A stretch of DNA of 64,000 bases from Patescibacteria group bacterium. GTDB lineage: Bacteria > Patescibacteriota > Minisyncoccia > Phycocordibacterales > Phycocordibacteraceae. The notes below the pieces were generated by a model, which was not told the DNA's origin, searched no databases, and was given only the letters and a program-made list of their open reading frames with translations. The stretch lies in NCBI GenBank assembly GCA_019752595.1, contig JAIELV010000001.1:489209-553208 (forward strand), read 5' to 3'. The position numbers and the translations under genes are program-made. Shown here piece after piece: positions 36,247 to 46,439 of the stretch; the first letter of the stretch is position 1; every line of letters begins with the position of its first letter.

Positions 36247-36270
36247 CAAGTCCTCCTCCCAGCACCATTT
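36247..36270 (+). repeat. 24-bp exact direct duplicate of the tRNA-Met 3' end (CAAGTCCTCCTCCCAGCACCATTT): attR-like
   Basis: Matches 36109-36132 exactly. Confidence 0.5.
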
Positions 36271-36955
36271 ACTTCCCCATCTCTCTCAAAAGTGCTTCAG
36301 TTTTTTCTATATCTTCGGGGAACGTAACCGTTATCCACGACTTCTGACGAATGACCTGAATCGGCTGCAACTTCTGAATACCTGAAAGCGAATCAACAAT
36401 GTAGTGTTCACCATTCGGATGGCGAACAAGCGGAATATCAAAAATCCCTGGTGAAAGCACCATGGTTCCCGTTGATACCAAGTTCGTTGCGGGATGTTCG
36501 GGCTTCTCGGTTATTTTCTTCAACGTACCATCCTCGTTAAGTTCTACAACACCAAAACGTGTAGGATCTTCGTGTTCATTTACAAACAAGCAGTAGTCAT
36601 ACTGTAATCCTTTTTCAAAAGAACTTTTGTCACCAACATCATCAGCGTTCAGAAGAAAAAACTTTTCATGAAGCAAATACTCCTTCGCCATGTGAACCGC
36701 GTGCGCAGTGCCTAAGCGTTCTTTTTGTTCAATGTAGGTAATCGTCTTTCCTTTCCAGTTTGTGCCGAAATATTCGCGAATTTTTTCTCCTTTGTAACCA
36801 ACAATAATAATGAGGTCAGTTATCGCATCGGGGAGTTCATTCAGTATGTATTCAAGAAGTGGTTTCCCATTCAAAAAAATCATCGGCTTTGGCCGATCTT
36901 CAGTCAATGGACGTAAGCGTTTTCCGTCTCCTGCGGCAAGAACTAAAGCTTTCAT
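36269..36955 (-). CDS. sugar-phosphate nucleotidyltransferase (NTP_transferase family)
   Basis: N-terminal LAAGDGKRLRPLTEDRPKPM matches the G-x-G-T-R-x-x-P-x-T-x-x-x-P-K-P signature of glucose-1-P nucleotidyltransferases. Confidence 0.7.
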   Translation of the reverse strand: MKALVLAAGDGKRLRPLTEDRPKPMIFLNGKPLLEYILNELPDAITDLIIIVGYKGEKIREYFGTNWKGKTITYIEQKERLGTAHAVHMAKEYLLHEKFFLLNADDVGDKSSFEKGLQYDYCLFVNEHEDPTRFGVVELNEDGTLKKITEKPEHPATNLVSTGTMVLSPGIFDIPLVRHPNGEHYIVDSLSGIQKLQPIQVIRQKSWITVTFPEDIEKTEALLREMGK

Positions 36956-36989
36956 GAATCCGAATATAATAACCTAAAATCCATAAGGA

Positions 36990-37349
36990 CTAAACCTGGC
37001 TCTTCCGCCTCTTTTCTGTACGAATGCGATGACAATTAGCACACACGACCTCGCATTTTTTGATCTCTTCTTGAACAGTCTTGATACTTAGCGCGGATTT
37101 AGCCCATGAGCCAACTTCAAATTTTTTGAGCCCAATATGGTCAAAATCAAGTATTTCAGGATGTCTGGCACCTGATATACCGCAATCACCGCATGATTGA
37201 CTTCGTTTGTATTTTTCAAGATACGCACGTACTCGTAATTTCAAGCTCTTTACGAGACGCATGTGCTTCTCTTTATTCTTTGGGTACCATACTTCACGCA
37301 TGTAATACGCGTGGTATTCCTTTCTTTTCTTTTTATCCTTAAGAGGCAT
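36990..37349 (-). CDS. HNH endonuclease-family protein (stand-alone)
   Basis: CGDCG...HPEILDFDHI...CANCHRIR: Cys pairs flanking DH and N-CH, typical of the HNH nuclease fold. 119 aa, basic. Confidence 0.6.
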   Translation of the reverse strand: MPLKDKKKRKEYHAYYMREVWYPKNKEKHMRLVKSLKLRVRAYLEKYKRSQSCGDCGISGARHPEILDFDHIGLKKFEVGSWAKSALSIKTVQEEIKKCEVVCANCHRIRTEKRRKSQV

Positions 37350-37401
37350 GCCTACATTTTAGCATCATAATTTATTTATTGGTTATAAACCCAAAAAACA
37401 A

Positions 37402-37430
37402 AACCGCCTTTGGCGGCGGTTTTTACTTGT
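37402..37430. terminator. bidirectional rho-independent terminator (ACCGCC-TTTGGC-GGCGGT flanked by A-run and T-run)
   Basis: On the minus strand it directly follows the tRNA-like 3' end at 37431 and is followed by TTTTTGTTTTTT. Confidence 0.5.
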
Positions 37431-37760
37431 TGCGGGGCCCGGATTCGAACCGGGGTCTGGAGGTTCTTTTACACTCAATGTTTCCAAAGAGAATGGACTA
37501 TCCCATGATCCCCGACGGGGACCCTTCCATTATAGTCTCTGAACCTTCCGAGCTCTGCCGCTGGCGGAGCTTGGCTTGGCTGCTGATTGCCGAATCTTCT
37601 TACTTTTCAAACCGTCGCGCTCACCCTTTCAGGTCACGCTGTGGCGTAAGAAGCTCTCACGGTGTTCCAGCAATTTAGAAAGTTTTTCCGTTGCCCGTTA
37701 CCGGACAAGGTCACGTTGTTCACATGAGCCTCCCGAGGTACCACTCCTCCACCCCGCTAT
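37431..37760 (-). ncRNA. candidate structured RNA with a tRNA-like 3' end; tmRNA-like topology, unverified
   Basis: Minus-strand 3' end CCAGACCCCGG-TTCGAAT-CCGGG-CCCCGCA-A is a canonical T-arm plus 7-nt acceptor strand. No tRNA body precedes it. A complementary 5' strand GCGGGGU lies ~325 nt upstream at 37754-37760, giving a 7-bp acceptor with U7:G66. A terminator follows immediately. The region has no credible ORF. The conserved tmRNA GGAUUCGAC motif and a canonical tag ORF were not found. Confidence 0.3.
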
Positions 37761-37856
37761 GTAAATGTGCTAAAAGCTTAAAACTTAAAGCCTCGATAGA
37801 AGCATACAGAAATTCTCTTCAAACTTCAAGCTCGTGCGGTCACGAGTAGATAGAGA

Positions 37857-37884
37857 GAACTCCTACAGTTAACTGTAGGAGTTC
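37857..37884. terminator. 12-bp-stem perfect hairpin GAACTCCTACAG-TTAA-CTGTAGGAGTTC downstream of the 37915 gene
   Basis: Read directly. No clear T-run, so it could be a terminator or an RNA-processing hairpin. Confidence 0.35.
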
Positions 37885-37914
37885 AGCTACTGCCCCTGAA
37901 CAGACTCTATTCAC

Positions 37915-38670
37915 CTAGATAAAATCAAATTCTTCAAACACCTGCTCGTACAACTTCATAACGCGAAAAGCTTCCCGTTGCGTGAGTATGTAATCGGATG
38001 AACGTGCTGACACAAAATTTCGAATACGATGTGCTTCCCACGCGTTCGGCAATGTGACAAACGCATCCTCAGGAACCGCACGCAGACGCTCTGCGGTCGA
38101 ATCTCCTTGATATGAAAGTTTTAACAACAGTTCACCCAAAAACACATCCGCTTCAAGAATCGCAGAGCGCCACGCTTTGGGATCGCTTGAAATTGCCTGA
38201 TCTAACAGAAGTTGCCAGCGACTTCTAAGTCCGCTCGCAACAGCAGACTGTTTCGAAAGCGTTCCGTATGTCGCAAGCTCTTGATAGCGAATCATCAACA
38301 GCCCAATACCTGAGCCAAGAATGAGTAAAATAAGTAACCCTGAGGCGAAGTACGCAAGCGCGCTGTATATTCCCCACAAAAAACCAAGTATTCCTGCAAT
38401 AAGTGCAATCAAGGGAGCAAATGTATTTATGATTCCTGCAAACGCGCCAGAATACTCACCCCCCGAACTTGCACCACCACCGAAAAGCCACGCCCAGAAA
38501 TCAACAGTACCTGTGGGGGTTGAAGTTGCTACGGAAATATTTCCACTAACAGAACCATCAGGAATGATATTTCCAAACTCATCGACATACGTACATTTTC
38601 CGCCAAACAGCGAATATATCTGGCAGTACCACCAGTTAAGATTCAAGAACTTGAGATATGCGTACGACAT
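37915..38670 (-). CDS. hypothetical membrane protein
   Basis: 251 aa with 3-4 TM helices in the N-terminal half and a soluble C-terminal half. Abuts gatA. Confidence 0.4.
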   Translation of the reverse strand: MSYAYLKFLNLNWWYCQIYSLFGGKCTYVDEFGNIIPDGSVSGNISVATSTPTGTVDFWAWLFGGGASSGGEYSGAFAGIINTFAPLIALIAGILGFLWGIYSALAYFASGLLILLILGSGIGLLMIRYQELATYGTLSKQSAVASGLRSRWQLLLDQAISSDPKAWRSAILEADVFLGELLLKLSYQGDSTAERLRAVPEDAFVTLPNAWEAHRIRNFVSARSSDYILTQREAFRVMKLYEQVFEEFDFI

Positions 38671-40089
38671 CTATGCGCCCTCACCTACAACATCTTTTGC
38701 AATACTGAACAAAGAAGCTTCGGTGTATTTCGGACTCATAAATTGTATACCCACGGGAAGCGAAACGTCGTCTCTCATCACAGTTGCTTTCGGAACAGAA
38801 ATCGCAGGAATACCAGTGAGGTTTGCTGGTGCTGCAAAAATATCTTCAAGATACATAGACACAGGATCGCTTTTTTCTCCGAGTTTGAATGCAGGCCCTG
38901 GTGTCGTGGGAGTTGCAATGTATGACACCGTATCAAACGCTTTCTTCAAATCTTCTGCCAGAACACCGCGAAGCGCCGTTGCTTTTCGGTAGTACGCATC
39001 ATAGTAGCCTGAGGTAAGCACGTAACTGCCCAAAATAATTCGTCTTCTCGTTTCTGCACCAAAACCTTCGGCGCGCGATTTTGCATACTCTTCAAACAAA
39101 TCTTTTCCTTCCGCGTGGTACCCGTAGCGCATGCCATCCAGGCGGGCGAGGTTTGTAGAAACTTCCGCAGGCATCACGATGTAGTACGCTGCAAGCCCAA
39201 ATGGCGCTGAAGGAAATTCTATGTCAACGATTTCATACCCTTTCGCCGAAAGTTCTTTTAACTCTTTTGCAAAAGCTTCTTGTACGTCGGGCTGTGCGTC
39301 TTTTACGAATGCCCATGGCACGCCAATCTTTTTATTTTTTGCCTGTTTTTCTGCGTAGTCAGGAAGCGTGGTGCCATCCAAAGGATCATGCCCTTTTGTT
39401 GCATTGAACACGGTCTCAACGTCGTACACGCTTCTCCCGAACGAACCAATTTGATCAAGTGATGAGCCCATCGCAATAAGACCTGAACGCGAAACCGCGC
39501 CGTAGGTCGGCTTTAACCCCACCAAACCGCACAACGAGGAGGGCTGTCTGATAGAGCCACATGTTTCAGAACCAAGAGCCACGGTAGCCAATTTGCCTGC
39601 GACAGCAGCTGCAGAACCACCTGAAGAACCGCCTGGTACACGCGATATATCGTAAGGGTTTCGCGCAGGCCCGTATGCTGAATGCTCTGTTGAAGAGCCC
39701 ATCGCAAATTCGTCCATGTTTGTCCTGCCCAAAAACACTGCTCCCTTTTCACGGAGTTTTTTCACCACCGTGGCGTCGTATGTTGCCGTGTGGTTCGCGA
39801 GAATTTTTGACGCCGCTGACGCAATTTTTCCTTTAATCAAAATGTTGTCCTTAAGCGCAACGGGGACGCCGAGAAGAGGATTCTGAGTATTCCCTTCTGA
39901 TGCAAGACGTGCGTCAGCAATCTTTGCCGAATCAACTGCATCAGAAAATACCTCAAGATACGCATTGAGTGCTCCGTTTTCTTTTTCGATTTTCTTTACA
40001 TGCGCTTCTGCGACGTCAACCGCAGAAAATTTCTTTGCCTGATACCCTGCCACCAAATCTCGAACACCTAAATCAGTGAGTTCAGCCAT
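38671..40089 (-). CDS. gatA: Glu-tRNA(Gln)/Asp-tRNA(Asn) amidotransferase subunit A
   Basis: Amidase-signature family (GGSSGGSAAAVA, catalytic Ser-cisSer-Lys context). 472 aa. Immediately downstream of gatC. Confidence 0.85.
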   Translation of the reverse strand: MAELTDLGVRDLVAGYQAKKFSAVDVAEAHVKKIEKENGALNAYLEVFSDAVDSAKIADARLASEGNTQNPLLGVPVALKDNILIKGKIASAASKILANHTATYDATVVKKLREKGAVFLGRTNMDEFAMGSSTEHSAYGPARNPYDISRVPGGSSGGSAAAVAGKLATVALGSETCGSIRQPSSLCGLVGLKPTYGAVSRSGLIAMGSSLDQIGSFGRSVYDVETVFNATKGHDPLDGTTLPDYAEKQAKNKKIGVPWAFVKDAQPDVQEAFAKELKELSAKGYEIVDIEFPSAPFGLAAYYIVMPAEVSTNLARLDGMRYGYHAEGKDLFEEYAKSRAEGFGAETRRRIILGSYVLTSGYYDAYYRKATALRGVLAEDLKKAFDTVSYIATPTTPGPAFKLGEKSDPVSMYLEDIFAAPANLTGIPAISVPKATVMRDDVSLPVGIQFMSPKYTEASLFSIAKDVVGEGA

Positions 40090-40092
40090 ACG

Positions 40093-40383
40093 CTATCCAA
40101 GAATCTTTTTAACTTTCAGATACCCTTTCTCACTTCTTGGTGCCTGCGCCAAAAGTGCATCCGTGTGCTCCCCTGCTTCGTGCGTTGGCACATCCTCGCG
40201 CATCACATTCTCAATATCCAAATACACACTCCCCGAAGTTTGAGACGGAAGTTCCACTTTCTGAATCGTATCGATATACGCGAGGATTGATGAAATCTCT
40301 ACCTGGAGTTTTGCAACTTCTTCTTCCGTTAATGCAAGGCGCGAAAGCGTTGCAAGCTTCTTTACGTCGTCGGGGCCAATCAT
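40093..40383 (-). CDS. gatC: Glu-tRNA(Gln)/Asp-tRNA(Asn) amidotransferase subunit C
   Basis: 96 aa. LATLSRLALTEEEVAKL...ILAYIDTIQKV matches the GatC pattern. Upstream of gatA. Confidence 0.75.
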   Translation of the reverse strand: MIGPDDVKKLATLSRLALTEEEVAKLQVEISSILAYIDTIQKVELPSQTSGSVYLDIENVMREDVPTHEAGEHTDALLAQAPRSEKGYLKVKKILG

Positions 40384-40452
40384 TTCGCCATGATAGCAAA
40401 AAACCGCCCCGACGTAACGTCGGGGCGGTTTTTCAAAAGGTGACCTTTTTAG

Positions 40453-41373
40453 TTAGTCAGCTCTCTTGTCGTGATCTCCATCGACTGCTTCTACAACAAC
40501 TACTTCATCCTCTTTTCTGTCATTTCCTTCAACAACGAGAGTTGGTTCCTGCTCAACTCCAGCAATATCGTCAGTGACTTCTTGAGAAGTCGCCTCAAGC
40601 GCTGCAATCAAAGCCTCAAATGCAGGCTTTGCTTTTTCAGGGTCAAGAGCGAGCGGTAATGGTGCTGCATCATCAGCACCTTCAGTTACAGTAACTGTTT
40701 CTAGCTGCGCCTTGAGTGCAGAAAGCGTTTCAGCAAGAGCTCCTTGCGCATCCGAAGAAAGCGAAGCATCTGCTGCCAAAACAGCGAGCGTGCCTCTGTC
40801 CTTTTGACCAATAGCAAATCTATCCGCAAGCGCGAGCAATTCTGCTCTGTTTCGCGCAACAAGTGCAGCGGCTTCATCCTCGACGACATCACCAACAACC
40901 TGCTCAACTTCTCCGTTCACTGCGACAGGAAGCGCGAGCTCAGCCTTCAAAAGTGCGACTGCTGCAACGATAGGGTCTTCTTCGCCTTCCTGCACTTCAG
41001 GTCGAGACTCTGAAACAACCAATAATGCAGCTGCTCTTCCTTCAGGGGAAAGCGTAACGTTCCAAATGGTCGTTCTTTGTTCCTCTTCAGGAATAGTGCT
41101 TCCTGGTGTCGGTGCAAGATTAAGCGATTTTAAGTATGCGATTATTTCGTCTGCTGAAGCGTCCGCAAAAGTCTCACGAGTCAGCTCTGCAACAGCAGCG
41201 ACTTCAAGCGGGGCCTCTTCAAGTCGTGCCTCATCTGCTACTGCTATAGGAGCAACGACTTCGGAACGCTGTCTCCTTGAGGTTACTCTTCTCCACAACG
41301 CTACAGCTTCCTCACCAAGAGTCTTTCGAGGAGCACTTACTGCTAATCCTTCTACTGTTGCTGCATCAGACAT
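40453..41373 (-). CDS. hypothetical acidic Ala/Glu/Val-rich low-complexity protein
   Basis: 306 aa, strongly acidic, predicted coiled-coil or disordered. No motif. Confidence 0.4.
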   Translation of the reverse strand: MSDAATVEGLAVSAPRKTLGEEAVALWRRVTSRRQRSEVVAPIAVADEARLEEAPLEVAAVAELTRETFADASADEIIAYLKSLNLAPTPGSTIPEEEQRTTIWNVTLSPEGRAAALLVVSESRPEVQEGEEDPIVAAVALLKAELALPVAVNGEVEQVVGDVVEDEAAALVARNRAELLALADRFAIGQKDRGTLAVLAADASLSSDAQGALAETLSALKAQLETVTVTEGADDAAPLPLALDPEKAKPAFEALIAALEATSQEVTDDIAGVEQEPTLVVEGNDRKEDEVVVVEAVDGDHDKRAD

Positions 41374-41450
41374 ACAATTTCAAAAAATAAATACCATTAA
41401 TAGTCTCTATTGTTTACACCCGCGCGAGCTCGAATGCAAGGCTCCAGTTT

Positions 41451-43472
<2,022 letters not shown>

Positions 43473-43509
43473 CTAAAGCTCAAAGCGAGGACCTGAAAGC
43501 TTTCTGGTT

Positions 43510-44007
43510 TTAGTAGTTGACGCGTATCGCACGCTCAAGTCGCAAGGGGTTTTCTGTGTCACAGGTGTTATAGCCAAGTGACTCCATAATGGTTGTCGCG
43601 GTTGGGTATGGCCGACGCGTGACGGTCACAGTCGCACACGGTAGTGTTTCGGCACTTCCCCCAATCGGAAACGTAAACGAAGTAACGAGAGTATCGTTTG
43701 GAGAGTTCACGCTCTGTACAACGCGCGAAAGTTCAACTGGCGCTCCACCGCCACACGTTACCGTTGTTGCGCCCGAGGATGTTGCAAAGAGATCATTTTT
43801 CAAATCATGGTACAAGCCACATTCGATCCCTGTATCTGCAGCATAAAAAGAAAATTGTGATTCCCTGCCCGCAGATGAAAGAATAATTTCTTTCGAAACG
43901 ATGTCATAAATCGCAGAACCGAGTGCAATAAGTACGCTCGATACCAACACCGCGAGTAGTAGTGTGAACCCTCTTTGGACGTACGCTCTGTTTTGTTTTG
44001 TGCCCAT
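43510..44007 (-). CDS. type IV pilin-like protein (minor pilin/pseudopilin; degenerate prepilin N-terminus lacking Glu5)
   Basis: N-terminal QRGFTLLLAVLVSSVLIALGSAI resembles a prepilin cleavage/methylation segment but has L instead of E at +5. Confidence 0.5.
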   Translation of the reverse strand: MGTKQNRAYVQRGFTLLLAVLVSSVLIALGSAIYDIVSKEIILSSAGRESQFSFYAADTGIECGLYHDLKNDLFATSSGATTVTCGGGAPVELSRVVQSVNSPNDTLVTSFTFPIGGSAETLPCATVTVTRRPYPTATTIMESLGYNTCDTENPLRLERAIRVNY

Positions 44008-44010
44008 AGC

Positions 44011-44550
44011 CTACAGCCAGTTAAAGAAGTTTTCTGAAATGGTGAACGTGCGATTAATGCCTGCCGACACCCAACTTACGGTTACTTGCACGGTCACCTC
44101 ATCCGCACTCACGACTGTGATCGAAAGTTTTCTCGTATACAGAGATTGCAATCCCTTTGTGGTATTAAACAGAAATGTATCTTGGTCGACAAGAAGTGGT
44201 GCGCAAATTCCACTGGGACACACTTTGTGACTGAAATTCGGGAAATCAATCGTGCACACATCACCGTTTGAGCAAATTTCACCAGTCAAAAGCCCACTCA
44301 TCCATGGCTGGGTTGGTGACGCCAAATAATTTTGGTCTCGCTTTGCGCGCACGTACTCCAAACCTTCCTGTGCAAGATAAAACGCAGTCACTTGGTCGCG
44401 AGCATAGTAGGCAGTACGCAGCGCTTGTGCAGCAATCGACAGTGGACCCGCAAGAGACACGAGAAGAATTGCGGAGGCGACAAACGTTTCAATCAAAGTG
44501 AACCCGCGACGCGATTTTCTTACTTTCGAATGGAGAAGGTTTGTATGCAT
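44011..44550 (-). CDS. type IV pilin-like protein (prepilin-type N-terminal cleavage/methylation domain)
   Basis: RRGFTLIETFVASAILLVSLAG is a canonical G|FTLIE prepilin motif. Confidence 0.65.
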   Translation of the reverse strand: MHTNLLHSKVRKSRRGFTLIETFVASAILLVSLAGPLSIAAQALRTAYYARDQVTAFYLAQEGLEYVRAKRDQNYLASPTQPWMSGLLTGEICSNGDVCTIDFPNFSHKVCPSGICAPLLVDQDTFLFNTTKGLQSLYTRKLSITVVSADEVTVQVTVSWVSAGINRTFTISENFFNWL

Positions 44551-44553
44551 AGG

Positions 44554-45132
44554 TTAGAGGTCAAGTAATCGCTGAACCACACTCGATTGAATAGTAAACT
44601 GGGTCGAACCCCCAGGCACGCTGGCAGAACCCTTGATGCGCATCAGAATCCTTGGCTGAATCCCATCGCCACGAACCGAACCGATAACAAAGAAATCAAA
44701 CGTATCAATACTTACCTCGGGTGCGGTTAAGGCCACCCATGTATTGCTTGCTCCTGAGAATAATGAACGCTCAAGTTGTGTGCCGTTCAAACGGTACACA
44801 ATCTGATCATTTGATTCTGACGAATCTCCTTCTGCAGATTCAAACGCCAAGAGCACTCCACCGTCATCGGGGCAATCCTGCGGATCATCGAGTGTTGCGG
44901 GAGCGGGCGGAATCGAAGAGTTACTGCAGTAATAGGATGTCCCGACGCGCATGGAGCGCGACATTGATTCAACTGCAGCGTTCAGGTTATTCATCACAGA
45001 ATTAATTGCTTGCGCGCGACGATTTGTTTCCACCAAAGATAAGAGTGCGCCGACGCCAATAAGCATCACGATTGCAAAAATCGAAACCGCAACCATGAGT
45101 TCAATTAACGTGAAAGCTCTATGCGAAGACAT
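44554..45132 (-). CDS. type IV pilin-like protein (prepilin-type N-terminus)
   Basis: MSSHRAFTLIELMVAVSIFAIVML is a canonical prepilin motif. Confidence 0.65.
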   Translation of the reverse strand: MSSHRAFTLIELMVAVSIFAIVMLIGVGALLSLVETNRRAQAINSVMNNLNAAVESMSRSMRVGTSYYCSNSSIPPAPATLDDPQDCPDDGGVLLAFESAEGDSSESNDQIVYRLNGTQLERSLFSGASNTWVALTAPEVSIDTFDFFVIGSVRGDGIQPRILMRIKGSASVPGGSTQFTIQSSVVQRLLDL

Positions 45133-45224
45133 GTGATGTATTGATTATAGCAAGCAAGAACAGCGTTACTTACGAAAAGAGCGCGTACTCACTGTGTCGA
45201 AGGGGTGGGTGAAAAAACGGGGCG

Positions 45225-46439
45225 CTATGGATCGAAACAAAAACCTTGGCATCCTCCTCCTTGATAAAACGATTCGTAGTAGCTCTGATAGTAGCCTTGT
45301 GCGTAGTAATTAGACTGCGCGTAGTAACTCGATTGAGCGTAGTATGCGGACTGCGCGTAGTACGACGACTGGGCATAATAGTTTGATTGTGCATAGTATG
45401 CAGATTGTGCGTAGTATGCAGACTGACCATAGTATGAAGATTGCGTATAGTACGAGCTCTGCGCGTAGTAGTTTGATTGCGCGTAGTAGCTAGACTGGGA
45501 ATAGCAGGCACTGCAACTTCCTGCAGAACAACCACAAGAACACGTTTGCTGTATCTGTTGCGTACAGTTGTTTATGACGTTACTACCCGAACATACGTTT
45601 GATGGGGTACAGCACGCACCAGAAGCACATACCTGTGGAGAGGTACATGTCGATGTGATAGTCCCGCATGAATTCACCACACTATTTCCTGAACAAGTAT
45701 ATTCTGATGTCGGCGTACACGAATTGCATGCATCTGAACCATTGGTGCATCCGTACGTGCATGTTTGCACCACCTGATTCGTACAGCTATTTCTCAACTT
45801 CCCTCCCGAGCACACGCTCTGAGGTGTACAACTAGAGAAACTGGTATAGGTTGATTCAGGGTTGACCGCAATTTGCCCAGTTGAAGCTACACTCAAACTT
45901 CGCACCTCCCCCGCCGAAGAAACAACGCTGATTTCTGCTGATGAATAGCCACTATAGATATTTGAATTAATGTGTGCGTCGGGGTCAGGCCGAAGAAAAA
46001 TAATATCGAGTTTTGAGATTGTAACTGCGGTGGAGCCATCCGAACATTGCTCTTCGCCTGTTGATTTCGTACCGCAAAACTTTAAGAGACTATGCTGATT
46101 GTTCATCGAATACTCTTTAAGTACTGAATCTACGCCACTGTCATAGCTTGTGTTTTCGTTCGTATCAGCAAAAAATACGTACTTTGTTTTGTTTGTCGTA
46201 TCAACGTGAACACCATAGCCTGTGGTGAAGTCATTGTTATAATCCTGCACGGAAAGCCCATATACTTGCGCTTCGCGAACCGCGAGTGCGATGTTGTAGG
46301 CAAGACTTCCCAGCAAGACCGAGCTATTGAAACGCGAATGATTCGCCAACACCACAAGAGAGATGGAAGTAAAAATTCCCACCACTACCAAAAGTTCCAT
46401 GAGAGAAAATCCGCGTACTGTTTTTGAAAAAATTTTCAT
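45225..46439 (-). CDS. large type IV pilin-like protein with Cys-rich central domain and C-terminal (S-x-YYAQ)n Tyr-rich tandem repeat
   Basis: Prepilin N-terminus VRGFSLMELLVVVGIF. About 30 Cys in a CxxC/CxxxC-rich region. About 14 tandem repeats QS(A/N/S)YYA are encoded by 15-18-nt DNA tandem repeats at ~45268-45510. Confidence 0.6.
   Translation of the reverse strand: MKIFSKTVRGFSLMELLVVVGIFTSISLVVLANHSRFNSSVLLGSLAYNIALAVREAQVYGLSVQDYNNDFTTGYGVHVDTTNKTKYVFFADTNENTSYDSGVDSVLKEYSMNNQHSLLKFCGTKSTGEEQCSDGSTAVTISKLDIIFLRPDPDAHINSNIYSGYSSAEISVVSSAGEVRSLSVASTGQIAVNPESTYTSFSSCTPQSVCSGGKLRNSCTNQVVQTCTYGCTNGSDACNSCTPTSEYTCSGNSVVNSCGTITSTCTSPQVCASGACCTPSNVCSGSNVINNCTQQIQQTCSCGCSAGSCSACYSQSSYYAQSNYYAQSSYYTQSSYYGQSAYYAQSAYYAQSNYYAQSSYYAQSAYYAQSSYYAQSNYYAQGYYQSYYESFYQGGGCQGFCFDP

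Noticed and set aside
36079-36327. ORF 36079..36327 (+)
   Set aside because: It overlaps tRNA-Met and the hairpin-rich insert flanked by 24-bp direct repeats.
37431-37760. Canonical tmRNA tag reading frame (…ALAA-stop) and GGAUUCGAC motif
   Set aside because: Searched all three minus-strand frames: stops are preceded by non-canonical peptides (…ASYATA*, …GNGKTF*, …ARRFEK*), and the 5' motif is absent. The tmRNA identity is therefore left as an unverified candidate.
37379-37764. ORFs 37379..37678 (+) and 37576..37764 (+)
   Set aside because: No motif. They lie over a terminator and the tRNA-like/tmRNA-like candidate region. The region is better explained as non-coding RNA.
45268-45510. Possible CRISPR-like array, from the regular 15-18-nt DNA periodicity
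   Set aside because: The periodicity is a coding tandem repeat (QSxYYA)n, in frame within the pilin-like gene. No spacer/repeat alternation, no cas genes.
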